From a virus (taxonomy: Duplodnaviria; Heunggongvirae; Uroviricota; Caudoviricetes): 52,850 bases of DNA. The position numbers and the translations under genes are program-made. Under the pieces are notes generated by a model that searched no databases, had not been told where the DNA came from, and saw only the letters and a program-made list of their open reading frames with translations. The stretch is taken from the IMG/VR virus record IMGVR_UViG_2713896799_000020. One strand, written 5' to 3'. Positions 1 to 14,449 of this stretch are shown piece after piece (positions within the stretch are counted from its first letter, which is position 1; each line of letters starts with the position of its first letter).

Positions 1-1284
1 TTACAGACTTCTGGAAGGTTGCGCAGCTCTTACAACACGCGGTTGATCTTCCGCAGCGTCTTCCAGCGCACTTAAATCACGGTCTTTCACCTCTGGTATT
101 TTCAGCGCAGAGATTAAACCAATCACTGAATATGCCATGATCATAATGGCGATCGGATACCAGGATTCCGTCATGGTGCAGAAAATACCCGCCAGGATAG
201 GACCAAAACCGGAAGCGATAAGACCACCAATTTCTTTAGAAATAGCCATCCGGGTAAAGCGGTTTTTACAGCCGAACATTTCTGCCATGGTAATGTTTTC
301 CAGAGCAAATAATCCCAGCACCGCACAGTTATGAATCACAATCAGTGCAACCATAATGGTGCTCGGGGCATAGCTTTTATCTACAATGATAGAAAGCATT
401 GGCCATGCCAGCACAATCGCGGAGGTATTCATAATAATATACGGGATCCGGCGACCAATTTTATCGGATAACCAACCAAGGAACGGAATGGTCATAAAGC
501 CGAGAATCGAACTGATCATCAATGCATCTGTTGGAATTGCTTTGTTAAACAATAACGTCTGCACTAAATAGCCTGCAAGGAAAGTCTGAATTAACCCGGA
601 GTTACCCGCCTGACCAAAACGCAGCCCTGTTGCCAGCCAGAAGGATTTGCTCTGGAACATGCTACCAGCAGGTGCAGGTTTTGCTGTCGGTTGGTTACTG
701 TCGTTAACCTTCTCAAAGACCGGGCTTTCTTTCAGATTCATACGCAACCAGATAGCAAAGACCATCACGACAACGCTCGCCAGGAACGGTATACGCCATC
801 CCCACGCCAGCAGTTCCTCTTTACTGAGAATGAAGAACATAAAGGCCCAGATTGCCGTTGCGCTCAAGGTTCCGCAGTTAGTTCCCATAGCCACAAATGA
901 GGAGATAATTCCGCGCTTACCTTTTGGCGCATATTCCGCCAGCATCGTACCGGCACCGGAAATTTCCGCACCTGCACCCAACCCCTGAATAATACGCAAC
1001 GTCACCAGCAAGATGGGTGCAAAAACACCAATCTGTGCATAGGTCGGTAACACACCAATTAAGGTGGTACAGATCCCCATCATGGTGATGGTAATAAAGA
1101 GCACTTTTTTACGCCCTATTCTGTCGCCCATTTTGCCGAAAATAAATGCTCCGACAATACGCGCCACATAACCTGCACCGTAGGTTCCCATTGCCAGAAT
1201 TAACGCCATTGCCGTTGATGATTCAGGAAAAAATATTTCATGAAACACTAACGCTGCGCCGAGCGAATATAACTGGAAATCCAT
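1..1284 (-). CDS. ydfJ: MFS metabolite:H+ symporter-family transporter, 3' portion of host gene interrupted by the prophage
   Basis: 427-aa ORF with multiple hydrophobic segments and MFS-like motifs (GRKKVLF, RIPF); matches K-12 YdfJ as recalled; prophage genes begin immediately upstream. Confidence 0.8.
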   Translation of the reverse strand: MDFQLYSLGAALVFHEIFFPESSTAMALILAMGTYGAGYVARIVGAFIFGKMGDRIGRKKVLFITITMMGICTTLIGVLPTYAQIGVFAPILLVTLRIIQGLGAGAEISGAGTMLAEYAPKGKRGIISSFVAMGTNCGTLSATAIWAFMFFILSKEELLAWGWRIPFLASVVVMVFAIWLRMNLKESPVFEKVNDSNQPTAKPAPAGSMFQSKSFWLATGLRFGQAGNSGLIQTFLAGYLVQTLLFNKAIPTDALMISSILGFMTIPFLGWLSDKIGRRIPYIIMNTSAIVLAWPMLSIIVDKSYAPSTIMVALIVIHNCAVLGLFALENITMAEMFGCKNRFTRMAISKEIGGLIASGFGPILAGIFCTMTESWYPIAIMIMAYSVIGLISALKIPEVKDRDLSALEDAAEDQPRVVRAAQPSRSL

Positions 1285-1888
1285 AATTCACAGGTGTTTT
1301 TTCCCATCCTGTGGTTTCCTTGGCGTTTTCTAGGTTTTTTCAGATAGTTGCATTTTTTAAAAAGCATCCTAAGTTCGATCTCAGTGTCTATCTGGGGCCT
1401 ATTTATGTCCCATATATGCCCCAAAAAAAACTCCCCAACAGATAAGTAGTTTTTTCATGGATTTATGCGTAAAATCAAGAACGGCTGGAAATCATTCAAT
1501 ACTCACACTATCGAAAAATTTACCAGCCAACCGCAGCACGTTCTTGCATAAGGCGTGTCTGCGGTTTTTCAACTATTCAGATACATCACTCCCATCACAT
1601 TCATTCCTCCGCATCAAAGGCATATAGGCTATATCACCTTGATATTTTTATTTTTCAGATAAAAACTGTTATCTATGTATACTTTTAAACCCAATCCGTG
1701 TAGAGTCTCTGCATAAGATAGTTTGCAGTTGCCGCTTCAGCTTGCGCCATAAACCGCCTGATTTTTGCTGCCACCTGTTAGCATTCCTGTATACCTGAAA
1801 CGACAATGTTTATCTACGAACTTTAAGAACACCCAAGATAAAAATTGTCAACTATATCATATATAACACATTACTAATTCGAGGCTAT

Positions 1889-2002
1889 ATGAACAGCATA
1901 CTGATAATCACATCTCTCCTTATCATATTCAGCATTTTTAGTCATGCCCTAATAAAATTAGGGATTGGCATATCCAATAACCCAGACAAAACCGATGTAT
2001 AA
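1889..2002 (+). CDS. small hydrophobic protein, 37 aa ([37 protein letters not shown]), hypothetical
   Basis: hand-read ORF with GAGG Shine-Dalgarno ~5 nt upstream of ATG; single predicted TM helix; below ORF-track size cutoff. Confidence 0.3.
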
Positions 2003-2070
2003 GTCAACATATCCTGAATCAGACATACAATATCGCAATGAAAATCAATAATATTTTAAGGAATATCTTC

Positions 2071-2304
2071 ATGAAATCAAAAGACACCCTAAAGTGGTTC
2101 CCTGCGCAGCTTCCTGAAGTAAGAATTATCCTAGGGGATGCTGTAGTGGAAGTAGCAAAACAGGGAAGACCTATCAATACCAGAACATTGCTTGATTACA
2201 TTGAAGGAAACATAAAGAAAAAATCATGGCTGGATAACAAAGAATTATTACAAACAGCGATATCAGTTCTTAAAGACAACCAAAATTTAAATGGTAAAAT
2301 GTAA
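2071..2304 (+). CDS. ydfK: YdfK/YnaE-family cold-shock-induced prophage protein (77 aa)
   Basis: track ORF 2038..2304; internal start MKSKDTLKWFPAQLPEV gives the 77-aa K-12 protein as recalled; long AT-rich 5' leader. Confidence 0.8.
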   Translation: MKSKDTLKWFPAQLPEVRIILGDAVVEVAKQGRPINTRTLLDYIEGNIKKKSWLDNKELLQTAISVLKDNQNLNGKM

Positions 2305-2620
2305 TATAATAAACTTACTTTTTTATCATTTTTCCACTTTAACAACATTTTGCTCCACTTTTCCACGACCAAACAACTTGAAATCTGGTTAAAATAACAC
2401 GCAACACTATTCTTCTTCCTTGAGTCCGCCCGGAACTCGAAAAACAAACCGAGTTAAAGCCATTTTTCACAAAATCGATTTTGGGTCTCACCAAAATTAC
2501 GGGGTTGCATACGCATTCGTTTATTTTCGAACGTGTACATACAAATATGCACAAAAATAATCAAAATTATTTTCTGAGATGCATTATGATATGAACACCA
2601 ATTTCGTATAGAGTCTCACT

Positions 2621-3211
2621 ATGTCTCGAATTTTTGCTTACTGTCGGATATCAACGCTGGATCAGACCACCGAAAATCAACGCCGGGAAATCGAAAGTGC
2701 AGGTTTTAAAATCAAACCTCAGCAAATAATCGAAGAACACATTAGCGGCTCAGCAGCAACCAGTGAGCGTCCTGGTTTTAACCGGTTGCTTGCTCGCCTG
2801 AAATGTGGTGATCAATTGATTGTGACAAAACTGGATCGCCTTGGTTGTAATGCAATGGATATCAGGAAAACAGTGGAACAACTGACCGAAACAGGTATCA
2901 GAGTGCATTGCTTAGCATTGGGGGGCATTGACCTGACCAGTCCAACAGGAAAAATGATGATGCAAGTAATTTCAGCAGTCGCTGAATTTGAACGAGACCT
3001 TTTACTTGAACGCACTCATTCCGGGATAGTAAGAGCCCGGGGCGCAGGGAAACGTTTTGGTCGACCACCTGTGTTAAATGAAGAACAGAAACAGGTGGTA
3101 TTCGAACGAATTAAGTCAGGTGTAAGTATAAGTGCCATTGCCCGGGAATTCAAAACCTCGCGGCAAACCATTTTAAGAGCCAAAGCAAAACTTCAGACAC
3201 CTGACATATAA
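2621..3211 (+). CDS. pinQ: serine recombinase, Pin/Gin/Hin-family DNA invertase
   Basis: 196-aa ORF; N-terminal catalytic motif YCRISTLDQ and C-terminal HTH; matches K-12 PinQ/PinR as recalled. Confidence 0.9.
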
Positions 3212-3308
3212 AAAATAATCTCGGTGTGAGATGCTTTACGTCTTCCAAGCCACCTTCCTTGCCGTAAATGGAAAGATACATCTAATTATAGAATTTATAT
3301 GTTTTACC

Positions 3309-3884
3309 CTACGGCAGTGCTGGCCATTCAATATCCTGTGCAGTTGACGTATCAACACGGTTCAGCAATACCCGATACTTTTTCCATGCTTCCAGCAACG
3401 AGATTTCTTCCTCCGTTGCAATTTCCAGATCTGCAGCATCCTGAAGCGGCGCAATATGCTCACTGGCTACCTGCATCAGGCTGTTTTTTGTTTCTTCCGC
3501 CTCCCGGATCCGGAACAGTTTTTCTGCTTCCGTATCCTTCACCCAGGCTGTGCCGTTCCACTTCTGATATTCCCCTCCCGGCGATAACCAGGTAACATTT
3601 TCCGGTAACGGACCGAGTTCAGAAATAAATAACGCGTCGCCGGAAGCCACGTCATAAACCGTTTTACCCCGATGATCTTCAACGAGATGCCACGATGCCT
3701 CATCACTGTTGAAAACAGCCACGAAGCCTGCCGGAATATCTGGCGGTGCAATATCGATACTGTTTGCTGGCAGACCTGTATGAGGCGGAATATATGCGTC
3801 ACCTTCACCAATAAATTCATTAGTTCCGGCCAGCAGATTATAAATTTTTATGGTCCGTGGTTGTTCACTCATTCTGAATGCCAT
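3309..3884 (-). CDS. tfaQ: tail fibre assembly protein (Tfa)
   Basis: 191-aa ORF directly downstream of the tail fibre gene; matches TfaQ/TfaR as recalled. Confidence 0.85.
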   Translation of the reverse strand: MAFRMSEQPRTIKIYNLLAGTNEFIGEGDAYIPPHTGLPANSIDIAPPDIPAGFVAVFNSDEASWHLVEDHRGKTVYDVASGDALFISELGPLPENVTWLSPGGEYQKWNGTAWVKDTEAEKLFRIREAEETKNSLMQVASEHIAPLQDAADLEIATEEEISLLEAWKKYRVLLNRVDTSTAQDIEWPALP

Positions 3885-4927
3885 TATGCAAGCCTCACAA
3901 TATAGTTAAATGCGATGTTTTTGACGGTGTTTTCCGCGTTACCAGCAGCGTTAACGGTGATGGTATGTCCATGTGAACCAATCGCAACGGAGTGCGTATG
4001 AGCACCAATACCGACAGTATGTGCGTGTGCACCTGCGCTTGCAGCAGTACCCGATACAGAGTGCGTATGAGCGCCTGCAGAAGAAGTGTTAACACTGTAT
4101 TTAGAGTAATCAGGTGATCCACTTCCCGGAGCACCACTGGAACCACCTGAAACAAATGTCATCGAATGGGTATGTGCACCGGCTGAAGCAGCCGTACCGC
4201 TAACACTATGGGTATGCGCACCAGTGTTATTCGTGGATTTAGTGCCGTAATCAAACGACGATGTGGTTTTCGTCCCCAAATCCGTACTGGATACGCTGGC
4301 GCTGTGGGTGTGTGATTTAATGCCGTCCTGTTCCTGAGACAATACGGCTCGATCACTGGCGGGCTTGCCCTTAATCGTCCAGCCACGCATATCAGGGATC
4401 ACGCCTGACGGATAAGCGGCTGCAAGTTTCGGGTAAGCAGATTTGTCAAAAGTCTGCCCCTGCATCAGGGCATAACCAGACGGAACGGTATCTGATGGCC
4501 ACGGGATTGGTGCACCGACTGGATAAAACTCTGCAGGAGGATGAGCCGAGGTGTAAAGCTGCGCCCACGGCGACCAGTTTGCGTCGGTCGTATCCCGTCG
4601 TGAACGAATAAATGCCGGAGCATGAGCACCGCTTGTACCACTCCAGCCGATGAGTAACTCACCTTCGCCAACGGCTGTCATCCCTTTCAGGTGAATGATA
4701 TTTCCATACGCTGTTGGATATCCGTTGTTATACACCTCGTATAACTCAAGACCTGTTGCCCCCTGCGTATTGTCTGTCAGCGCGGTTACCCGACCTTTTG
4801 AAGACAGATTAACTGATGATACTGCTGTTCCACCTGACGGTAACGCCCCGATCTCTGATGCCGTTGGCTTATTTCTGGAGTTATAGTCCCTTCGCCAGCC
4901 AGGTGAATAATCTGTTCCGTGATTAAT
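3884..4927 (-). pseudogene. stfQ: side tail fibre, C-terminal fragment separated from its 5' part by IS2
   Basis: track ORF 3884..4954 starts inside IS2; native sequence from [11 protein letters not shown] onward continues the frame of the upstream fragment; GAHTHS His-rich repeats typical of fibre tips. Confidence 0.8.
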
Positions 4928-4938
4928 TGGATTTGCCC

Positions 4939-5844
4939 CTATATTTCCAGACATCTGTTATCACTTAACCCATTACAAGCCCGCTGCCGCAGATATTCCC
5001 GTGGCGAGCGATAACCCAGCGCACTATGCGGATGCCATTCGTTATAATGCTCGAACGCCTCTGCAAGGTTCTTTGCTGCCGTTAACCCGTCTGGTTTGGG
5101 CATGATACTGATGTAGTCACGCTTTATCGTTTTCACGAAGCTCTCTGCTATTCCGTTACTCTCCGGACTCCGCACCGCCGTGTTCTTCGGTTCAAGTCCC
5201 AACATCCGGGCGAACTGGCGTGTTTCATTAGCCCGGTAGCATGAACCATTATCCGTCAGCCACTCCACTGGAGACGACGGAAGATCGTTGCCGAAGCGGC
5301 GTTCCACCGCTCCCAGCATGACGTCCTGTACTGTTTCACTGTTGAAGCCGCCGGTAGTGACCGCCCAGTGCAGTGCCTCACGATCACAGCAGTCCAGCGC
5401 GAACGTGACACGCAGTCTCTCTCCGTTATCACAGCAGAACTCGAACCCGTCAGAGCACCATCGCTGATTGCTTTCTTTCACGGCCACTCTGCCTGTATGT
5501 GCCCGTTTCGATGGCGGTACAGCAGGTTTTCGCTCAAGCAACAGCGCATTCTGGCGCATGATCCGGTAAACACGTTTGGCATTGATCGCAGGCATACCAT
5601 CAAGTTCTGCCTGTCTGCGAAGCAGCGCCCATACCCGACGATAACCATACGTGGGCAGCTCTCCGATAACATGGTGTATACGGAGAAGCACATCCGTATC
5701 ATCAGTGTGACGACTGCGGCGGCCATCCATCCAGTCATCGGTTCGTCTGAGAATGACGTGCAACTGCGCACGCGACACCCGGAGACAACGGCTGACTAAG
5801 CTTACTCCCCATCCCCGGGCAATAAGGGCGCGTGCGCTATCCAC
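4939..5844 (-). CDS. insD: IS2 transposase OrfB (InsD), 301 aa
   Basis: ORF translation matches K-12 InsD as recalled; DDE integrase core. Confidence 0.9.
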
Positions 5845-6167
5845 TTTTTTGCCCGTCCATATTCAACGGCTTCTTTGAGGAGTTCATTTTCCATCGTTTT
5901 CTTGCCGAGCAGGCGCTGGAGTTCTTTAATCTGCTTCATGGCGGCAGCAAGTTCAGAGGCAGGAACAACCTGTTCTCCGGCGGCGACAGCAGTAAGACTT
6001 CCTTCCTGGTATTGCTTACGCCAGAGAAATAACTGGCTGGCTGCTACACCATGTTGCCGGGCAACGAGGGAGACCGTCATCCCCGGTTCAAAGCTCTGCT
6101 GAACAATTGCGATCTTTTCCTGTGTGGTACGCCGTCTGCGTTTCTCCGGCCCTAAGACATCAATCAT
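5802..6167 (-). CDS. insC: IS2 OrfA (InsC), 121 aa
   Basis: internal start [15 protein letters not shown] of track ORF 5802..6212; overlaps insD in the arrangement typical of IS3-family programmed frameshifting. Confidence 0.85.
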
Positions 6168-6258
6168 CTGTTCTCCAATGACTAGTCTAAAAACTAGTAT
6201 TAAGACTATCACTTATTTAAGTGATACTGGTTGTCTGGAGATTCAGGGGGCCAGTCTA

Positions 6259-8249
6259 TTAATATAGGTAAACTGGGCGTTAGTTGTTCCACCACCAGTG
6301 GAGGTGGTCGGTGTGGTAATGCGGATCGTCATCGCTGACTTTATCCCCATTACTTCAATGACAGCTCCGGCGAGATGAATATTACCGCAGCCAGTATCAG
6401 TAATGATTTTATTATTGCCATAAGACCAGGAACCCTTGCACATCCAGTATGGATGGTTAAATGCTCCCTGAGAATCCAGCCACTCGATAAACTGTGCAGT
6501 CGTCCAGTTTCCTGTTGTTGTGCTTACTGACCCACCGAAGGCACGGCAGGCACCAATATTTTTCGTAAAGGTGTCTTTGCCAGGGATATCCGCACCGTTC
6601 TGATCTTTCTGCAGACGTTTCTCAGCATTGTCATTGGCTGCTTTTACTGCCTTTGGCGTTGCCGCCAGCGTTTCAGACGTGCTGTTGGTCGCGCTGCTTA
6701 GCTGGATTATCCCTTTCTGTGCTGTCGTTGCATCCTGTGCGGTGTATTTCCCGTTAGCCAGGTCATACGCGGCCTTAACGGCTTTTGGCGTTGCCGCCAG
6801 TGACTCGGAAGTGCTGTTGGTCGCACTGCTGAGCTGTACTATCCCCTTTTTCGTCGTGCTCGCATCCTCAAGCGCCACGGCGGATGCAATATCCTCTGCC
6901 CGTTTTGCCGCTGTCTCAGCGCGCGTTGCTGCAGATTCCGCCGTACTTTTGCTCTGAGCTGCTGCCGTCGCACTGCCAGCTGCCTCTGTCGCCTTCGTGG
7001 ATGCCGTCGTGGCGCTACCCTTCGCTGCTGACGCCTGTCTGGTCGCCTCATCTTTTGAAGCAGACGCAGATGATGCCGATGACGACGCCGAACTGGCTGA
7101 CGATGCGGCAGCCGTTTTTGAGGATTCTGCGCTGGTTTCCGACGCTTTCGCGTTCGTTTCGGATGTCTTCGCTGCGGAAGCAGACCTCGCTGCTGCGCTG
7201 GCCTGTTCAGTGGCTTCGCCAGCCTTCGTTGTGGCTGTTGAAGCAGACGATGCGGCGCTTTCTGCCGATTTTCCGGCGGCGGTGGCACTGGCTGAGGCCT
7301 GCCCGGCACTTGTTGACGCTGCACTGGCAGACGACGCAGCCGCTGTTTTTGAGCCTGCCGCAGCCGAGGCGCTCTGTCCCGCTGCCGTTTCAGAAGACCT
7401 GGCGTTCGTCTCTGACGTTTTTGCCGCCTTCGCGGAATTTCCTGCCGCTGTTGCCGAGGAAGCTGCGCTACTGGCGCTCGAGGATGCGTTCGTTTCTGAT
7501 GATTTTGCCGCCTCTTTTGAAGCCGCCGCATCCCGGGCTGAGGTGGCAGCTTCTGACGCTTTCGTAGTCGCGGCGGATGCAGAAGTGGCTGCTGATTGTT
7601 GTGACGCTGCAGCATTCGTTTCTGACGTTTTCGCGGCACTGGCACTGGTAGCTGCCGCGCTTTTTGAGGACTCTGCAGCGGCAGCACTTTTTGATGCTTC
7701 AGTGGCCTTTGTTGATGCCGTTCCTGCGCTGGAAGTCGCTGACTGAGCCGACGACGCGGCCTGTCCGGCTGACGTGCTGGCTGCGCGTGCTGAGCCTGCA
7801 GCATCAGTCGCATGGGTTGCCGCCTCACGGGCTGATGTGCTGGCATCACTGGCTGACTTCTTCGCGGCTGCCGTGTTCTGTGCCACCACGGACGCGTTAC
7901 GCGCCACCTCTTCCACCATCAGCTCAAAACGGCGCAGTGCCTCCGGACGGGCATCATCCTCCGTCATGGCACCGAGAAAATCATTCAGCGTACCGGGTCG
8001 GGAATCTTCATACACTGTGATGGTCCCGGCATGTGACGGCGGGAATCCTTCCACCAACAGAATAACGCTGTACTGACCGTACTCAACGTCCATACTGTAA
8101 CGCCCGGCTTCATCCGGATTTTCAGATGCCAGCGTGTTCACCACCACCGTGGTACTGTTACGTTTTGCTTTCAGCTGGATTGTGCAGTTCTGTACCGGTT
8201 TTCCTGTGCCGTCTTTCAGTACACCTGAAATTTTTACTGCCATATTCAC
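6259..8249 (-). pseudogene. stfQ: side tail fibre, N-terminal fragment truncated by IS2
   Basis: track ORF 6243..8249 (GTG start); last 5 codons RLAP-stop are IS2-encoded; Ala/Ser/Thr-rich repeats; duplicated QKGIxQLSSATNSTSExLAATPKAVKAA block. Confidence 0.8.
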
Positions 8250-8253
8250 CCCA

Positions 8254-8281
8254 CAAAAAAGCCCGCCTGAACCGGCGGGCT
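8254..8281 (-). terminator. putative Rho-independent terminator downstream of lom
   Basis: GC hairpin GCCCGCC-loop-GGCGGGC followed by a U-run on the minus strand. Confidence 0.45.
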
Positions 8282-8307
8282 GTCATAACACTGTGTTACC
8301 TGGCTAA

Positions 8308-8907
8308 TCAGAATTTATAACCAACACCCACGATGAACCCGTCAGTGCGCCAGTCACCACTGCCGGAGCCTTCATAAGCGACATCAATGGCCACGGATTC
8401 GGTCGGGTTAAACTGCACGCCAGCTCCCCACGCCAGAGACGTGTTGCTGTGGCGACCGTCATCACTTCCGGTCAGCACGTCGTGCGTTTTCCCCTTGTTG
8501 TCAGTTACGCGGAGATAATCCCCGGAGAAAGTCGACACACGGCTGTAAGCCATACCCGCCATCGCATACGCGCTGAACCATTCATTCACGCGCACAGACG
8601 GCCCCGCCATCACGCTGAACCAGCGGTTACGCACGGAATCTTCATGCCAGCGGGTATCGCTGTAACGGGTAAGCTGGCGATTCTTGTCTCCTGCATAGCT
8701 GAATGACGTCACCAGCCCCAGTGTGTCCGTAAACTCATAACGGTATTTCACGTTAATCCCGTTCAGATCATCGCTGCCGGGAACATTCGTCGAGGCATGA
8801 AGATACCCCGCGCTCAGCGTGGACTGATGTTCAGACGCCCATGCAGGCGCACCGGATACGGCCAGACAAATGGCTGCGGACAAAATGGCGGCATAAAGTT
8901 TACGCAT
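8308..8907 (-). CDS. lom: Lom/Ail-family outer membrane beta-barrel protein
   Basis: 199-aa ORF with signal peptide; C-terminal ...[23 protein letters not shown] matches lambda Lom as recalled; N-terminal half divergent. Confidence 0.85.
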
Positions 8908-8973
8908 AATTACCTCTCGCTTTTCTGCAATAAAAAAGGCGTCATTTCTGACGCCCGTTCTGGGTTATAAAAT

Positions 8974-12375
<3,402 letters not shown>

Positions 12376-12432
12376 TCACGCTCCATAAATGACAAAACCG
12401 CCCGCAGGCGGTTTCACATAAAACATTTTGCA

Positions 12433-13104
12433 TCAGCGACCAATCACCACAACCTGACCACCGTCCCCTTCGTCTGCCGTGCTGATCTCCTGAGAAACCA
12501 CGCGTGACCCCACGCGCATTTCCCCGTACAGAACAGGCAGAACATTGCCCTGGGCAACCATGTTATCCAGTGAGGAGAAATAGGTGTTCTGCTTACCGTT
12601 ATCCGTTGTCTGTGTACGGGGAGTTCTGGCTTTCGGTGCCAGCATCTGCGCCACACCACCGAACACCATACTGGCACCGAGAGAAAACAGGATGCCGGTC
12701 ATACCACCGGCCCCAATGGCTGCCCCCCATGCTGCAAGGGTGGCTCCGGCGGTAAAGAATGATCCGGCAATGGCGGCAGCCCCCAGGACAATCTGGATTA
12801 CGCCACCTGACTTGGCCCCGGCGACTCTGGGAACAATATGAATCACAGCGCCATCAGGCAGAGTCTCATGTAACTGCGCCGTTAACCCGGACGTGCTGAC
12901 GTCCCGCCCGGCAATCCGTACCTGATACCAGCCGTCGCTCAGTTTCTGACGAAACGCCGGGAGCTGTGTGGCCAGTGCCCGGATGGCTTCAGCCCCCGTT
13001 TTCACACGAAGGTCGATGCGGCGACCAAATCGTTGTAAATCCCCGTAAAGGCAGATGCGCGCCATGCCCGGTGACGCCAGAGGGAGTGTGTGCGTCGCTG
13101 CCAT
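12433..13104 (-). CDS. I: tail assembly protein I
   Basis: 223-aa ORF, lambda gpI length; overlaps K by 103 nt as in lambda. Confidence 0.9.
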   Translation of the reverse strand: MAATHTLPLASPGMARICLYGDLQRFGRRIDLRVKTGAEAIRALATQLPAFRQKLSDGWYQVRIAGRDVSTSGLTAQLHETLPDGAVIHIVPRVAGAKSGGVIQIVLGAAAIAGSFFTAGATLAAWGAAIGAGGMTGILFSLGASMVFGGVAQMLAPKARTPRTQTTDNGKQNTYFSSLDNMVAQGNVLPVLYGEMRVGSRVVSQEISTADEGDGGQVVVIGR

Positions 13105-13745
13105 TTGTCGGTGTACCTCTCTCGTTTGCTCAGTTGTTCAGGAATATGGTGCAGCAGCTCGCCGTCGCCGCAGTAAATTGCGGCGTGATTCGGCACCGAT
13201 GAACCAAAACAGCACAGCAGCACATCGCCCGGCTGTGCCGCTGACAACGGCACCTGATACAGCCCCGTCGCCTCCAGATTATCCAGATAGAGATTCTGGC
13301 CGTTACGCCACCAGTCATCCTCACGATGAAAGTCCGGCATCTCAATCCCCGCCAGATGATAAGCATCCCGGAACAGTGTGTAACAGTCCGTCACACCGTG
13401 CTCAAAGCGCCGCCCGGTGAGATGCGGCACACAGCGGAACTTATGAATCGTCCCCCGGCAGACCAGCCACCACGGCAAATCACTCTGCACCTGCAGCCGC
13501 CGGTCGGCCTCACTCAGCCAGGGCAGACCACCGGGGTGGCTGTGGACCAGCGCCACAATCTCACCCTGCATTTCTGCCTGCAGCCAGTCTTCCGGCGACA
13601 TACGGAAATACGCCTCCGGCTCACCGGAGATATTCACGCAGGGGAAATATCTTTCCCCCTCCGGCGTGCTTACCACGAAGCCGCACGACTCCGCTGGCGC
13701 ACATCTCCGGGCGTGCGCCAGAATCGCTGATTCTGTCTGTGTCAT
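13002..13745 (-). CDS. K: tail assembly protein K (JAMM/MPN plus NlpC/P60-like)
   Basis: track ORF 247 aa; classical lambda annotation would start at internal Met (13601, 199 aa); JAMM motif HSHPGGLPWLSEAD present; longer ORF adds ESCGFVV upstream. Confidence 0.85.
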   Translation of the reverse strand: MTQTESAILAHARRCAPAESCGFVVSTPEGERYFPCVNISGEPEAYFRMSPEDWLQAEMQGEIVALVHSHPGGLPWLSEADRRLQVQSDLPWWLVCRGTIHKFRCVPHLTGRRFEHGVTDCYTLFRDAYHLAGIEMPDFHREDDWWRNGQNLYLDNLEATGLYQVPLSAAQPGDVLLCCFGSSVPNHAAIYCGDGELLHHIPEQLSKRERYTDKWQRRTHSLWRHRAWRASAFTGIYNDLVAASTFV

Positions 13746-13750
13746 GGGAT

Positions 13751-14449
13751 TTACTGCGAAAGTTTGTTAATGGAAAGGAAGCCGCCAAAGTTGCCGACGT
13801 TATTGCGGAACTTACAACCGCTCAGGCATTTGCTGCATTTATCCTTCGTGATATCGGACGTTGGCTGGTCATATTCATCCGCGACAGCCGGACCGCTATA
13901 ACCGCACTCGTCACCGCGATAGGTCCAGGTGCAGGTGTTGGCCAGCATGATACGTCCCGGAAAAACAGCGCCATCCGTTTCCGTCGGCGTGGACAGTACA
14001 AAGGAGGCACTCACCGCGCTCAGTTCGCTGCACTGCTCAATGCGCCAGCGGCTGATCACCTCCTGCTCCGGATCGGCGTAACTGTTTCCGTTGACGAAGT
14101 TCACCGCATCCAGAAAACGGGCGTAAACCTTACGCCGGACCACCGTTCCGCCGACCAGACTCTGCATATCTTCCGCCATCCCGGTGACCATACCGTACAG
14201 GTTAGAAACCGTCAGCGTGGGGCGCGTACTGGTGCCTTTGCCATTCAGTTCAAAACCGCTCCCCTGAATGGGATACGGCTGATACTGTCGCCCCTGCCAG
14301 GTGACCGGCTCACCTTTTTCGTTCTGCTCATTACAGAAAAAATAACGTTCTCCACCGACCTCTGTCAGGTCGATTTCCCAGAGCACCACGCTGGCCGACT
14401 GCTCCGCACGGGTGCATTCATTCAGTGTTTCCTGCCGGATATCCTGCAT
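13751..14449 (-). CDS. L: minor tail protein L
   Basis: 232-aa ORF, lambda gpL length and position. Confidence 0.9.
   Translation of the reverse strand: MQDIRQETLNECTRAEQSASVVLWEIDLTEVGGERYFFCNEQNEKGEPVTWQGRQYQPYPIQGSGFELNGKGTSTRPTLTVSNLYGMVTGMAEDMQSLVGGTVVRRKVYARFLDAVNFVNGNSYADPEQEVISRWRIEQCSELSAVSASFVLSTPTETDGAVFPGRIMLANTCTWTYRGDECGYSGPAVADEYDQPTSDITKDKCSKCLSGCKFRNNVGNFGGFLSINKLSQ

Larger units (their letters stand above)
4928..6258 (-). mobile_element. IS2 insertion sequence (1331 bp) with 5-bp target duplication TTAAT
   Basis: terminal sequences TGGATTTGCCCCTAT... and ...TAGACTGGCCCCCTGA (on minus strand) recognised as IS2 ends; contains insC and insD; TTAAT at 4923..4927 and 6259..6263. 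Confidence 0.9.

Noticed and set aside
6839-7849. Long ORFs on both strands within the tail fibre repeat region (336-aa Arg-rich minus-strand frame; 227- and 249-aa plus-strand frames)
   Set aside because: Alternative frames of the Ala/Ser-rich repetitive stf sequence; compositionally extreme and overlapping the real fibre frame
3884-8249. Possibility that the two tail-fibre ORFs are two different fibre genes, since both end in RLA
   Set aside because: The RLAP end of the upstream ORF is encoded by the IS2 terminus; the native flanks join in frame once IS2 is removed
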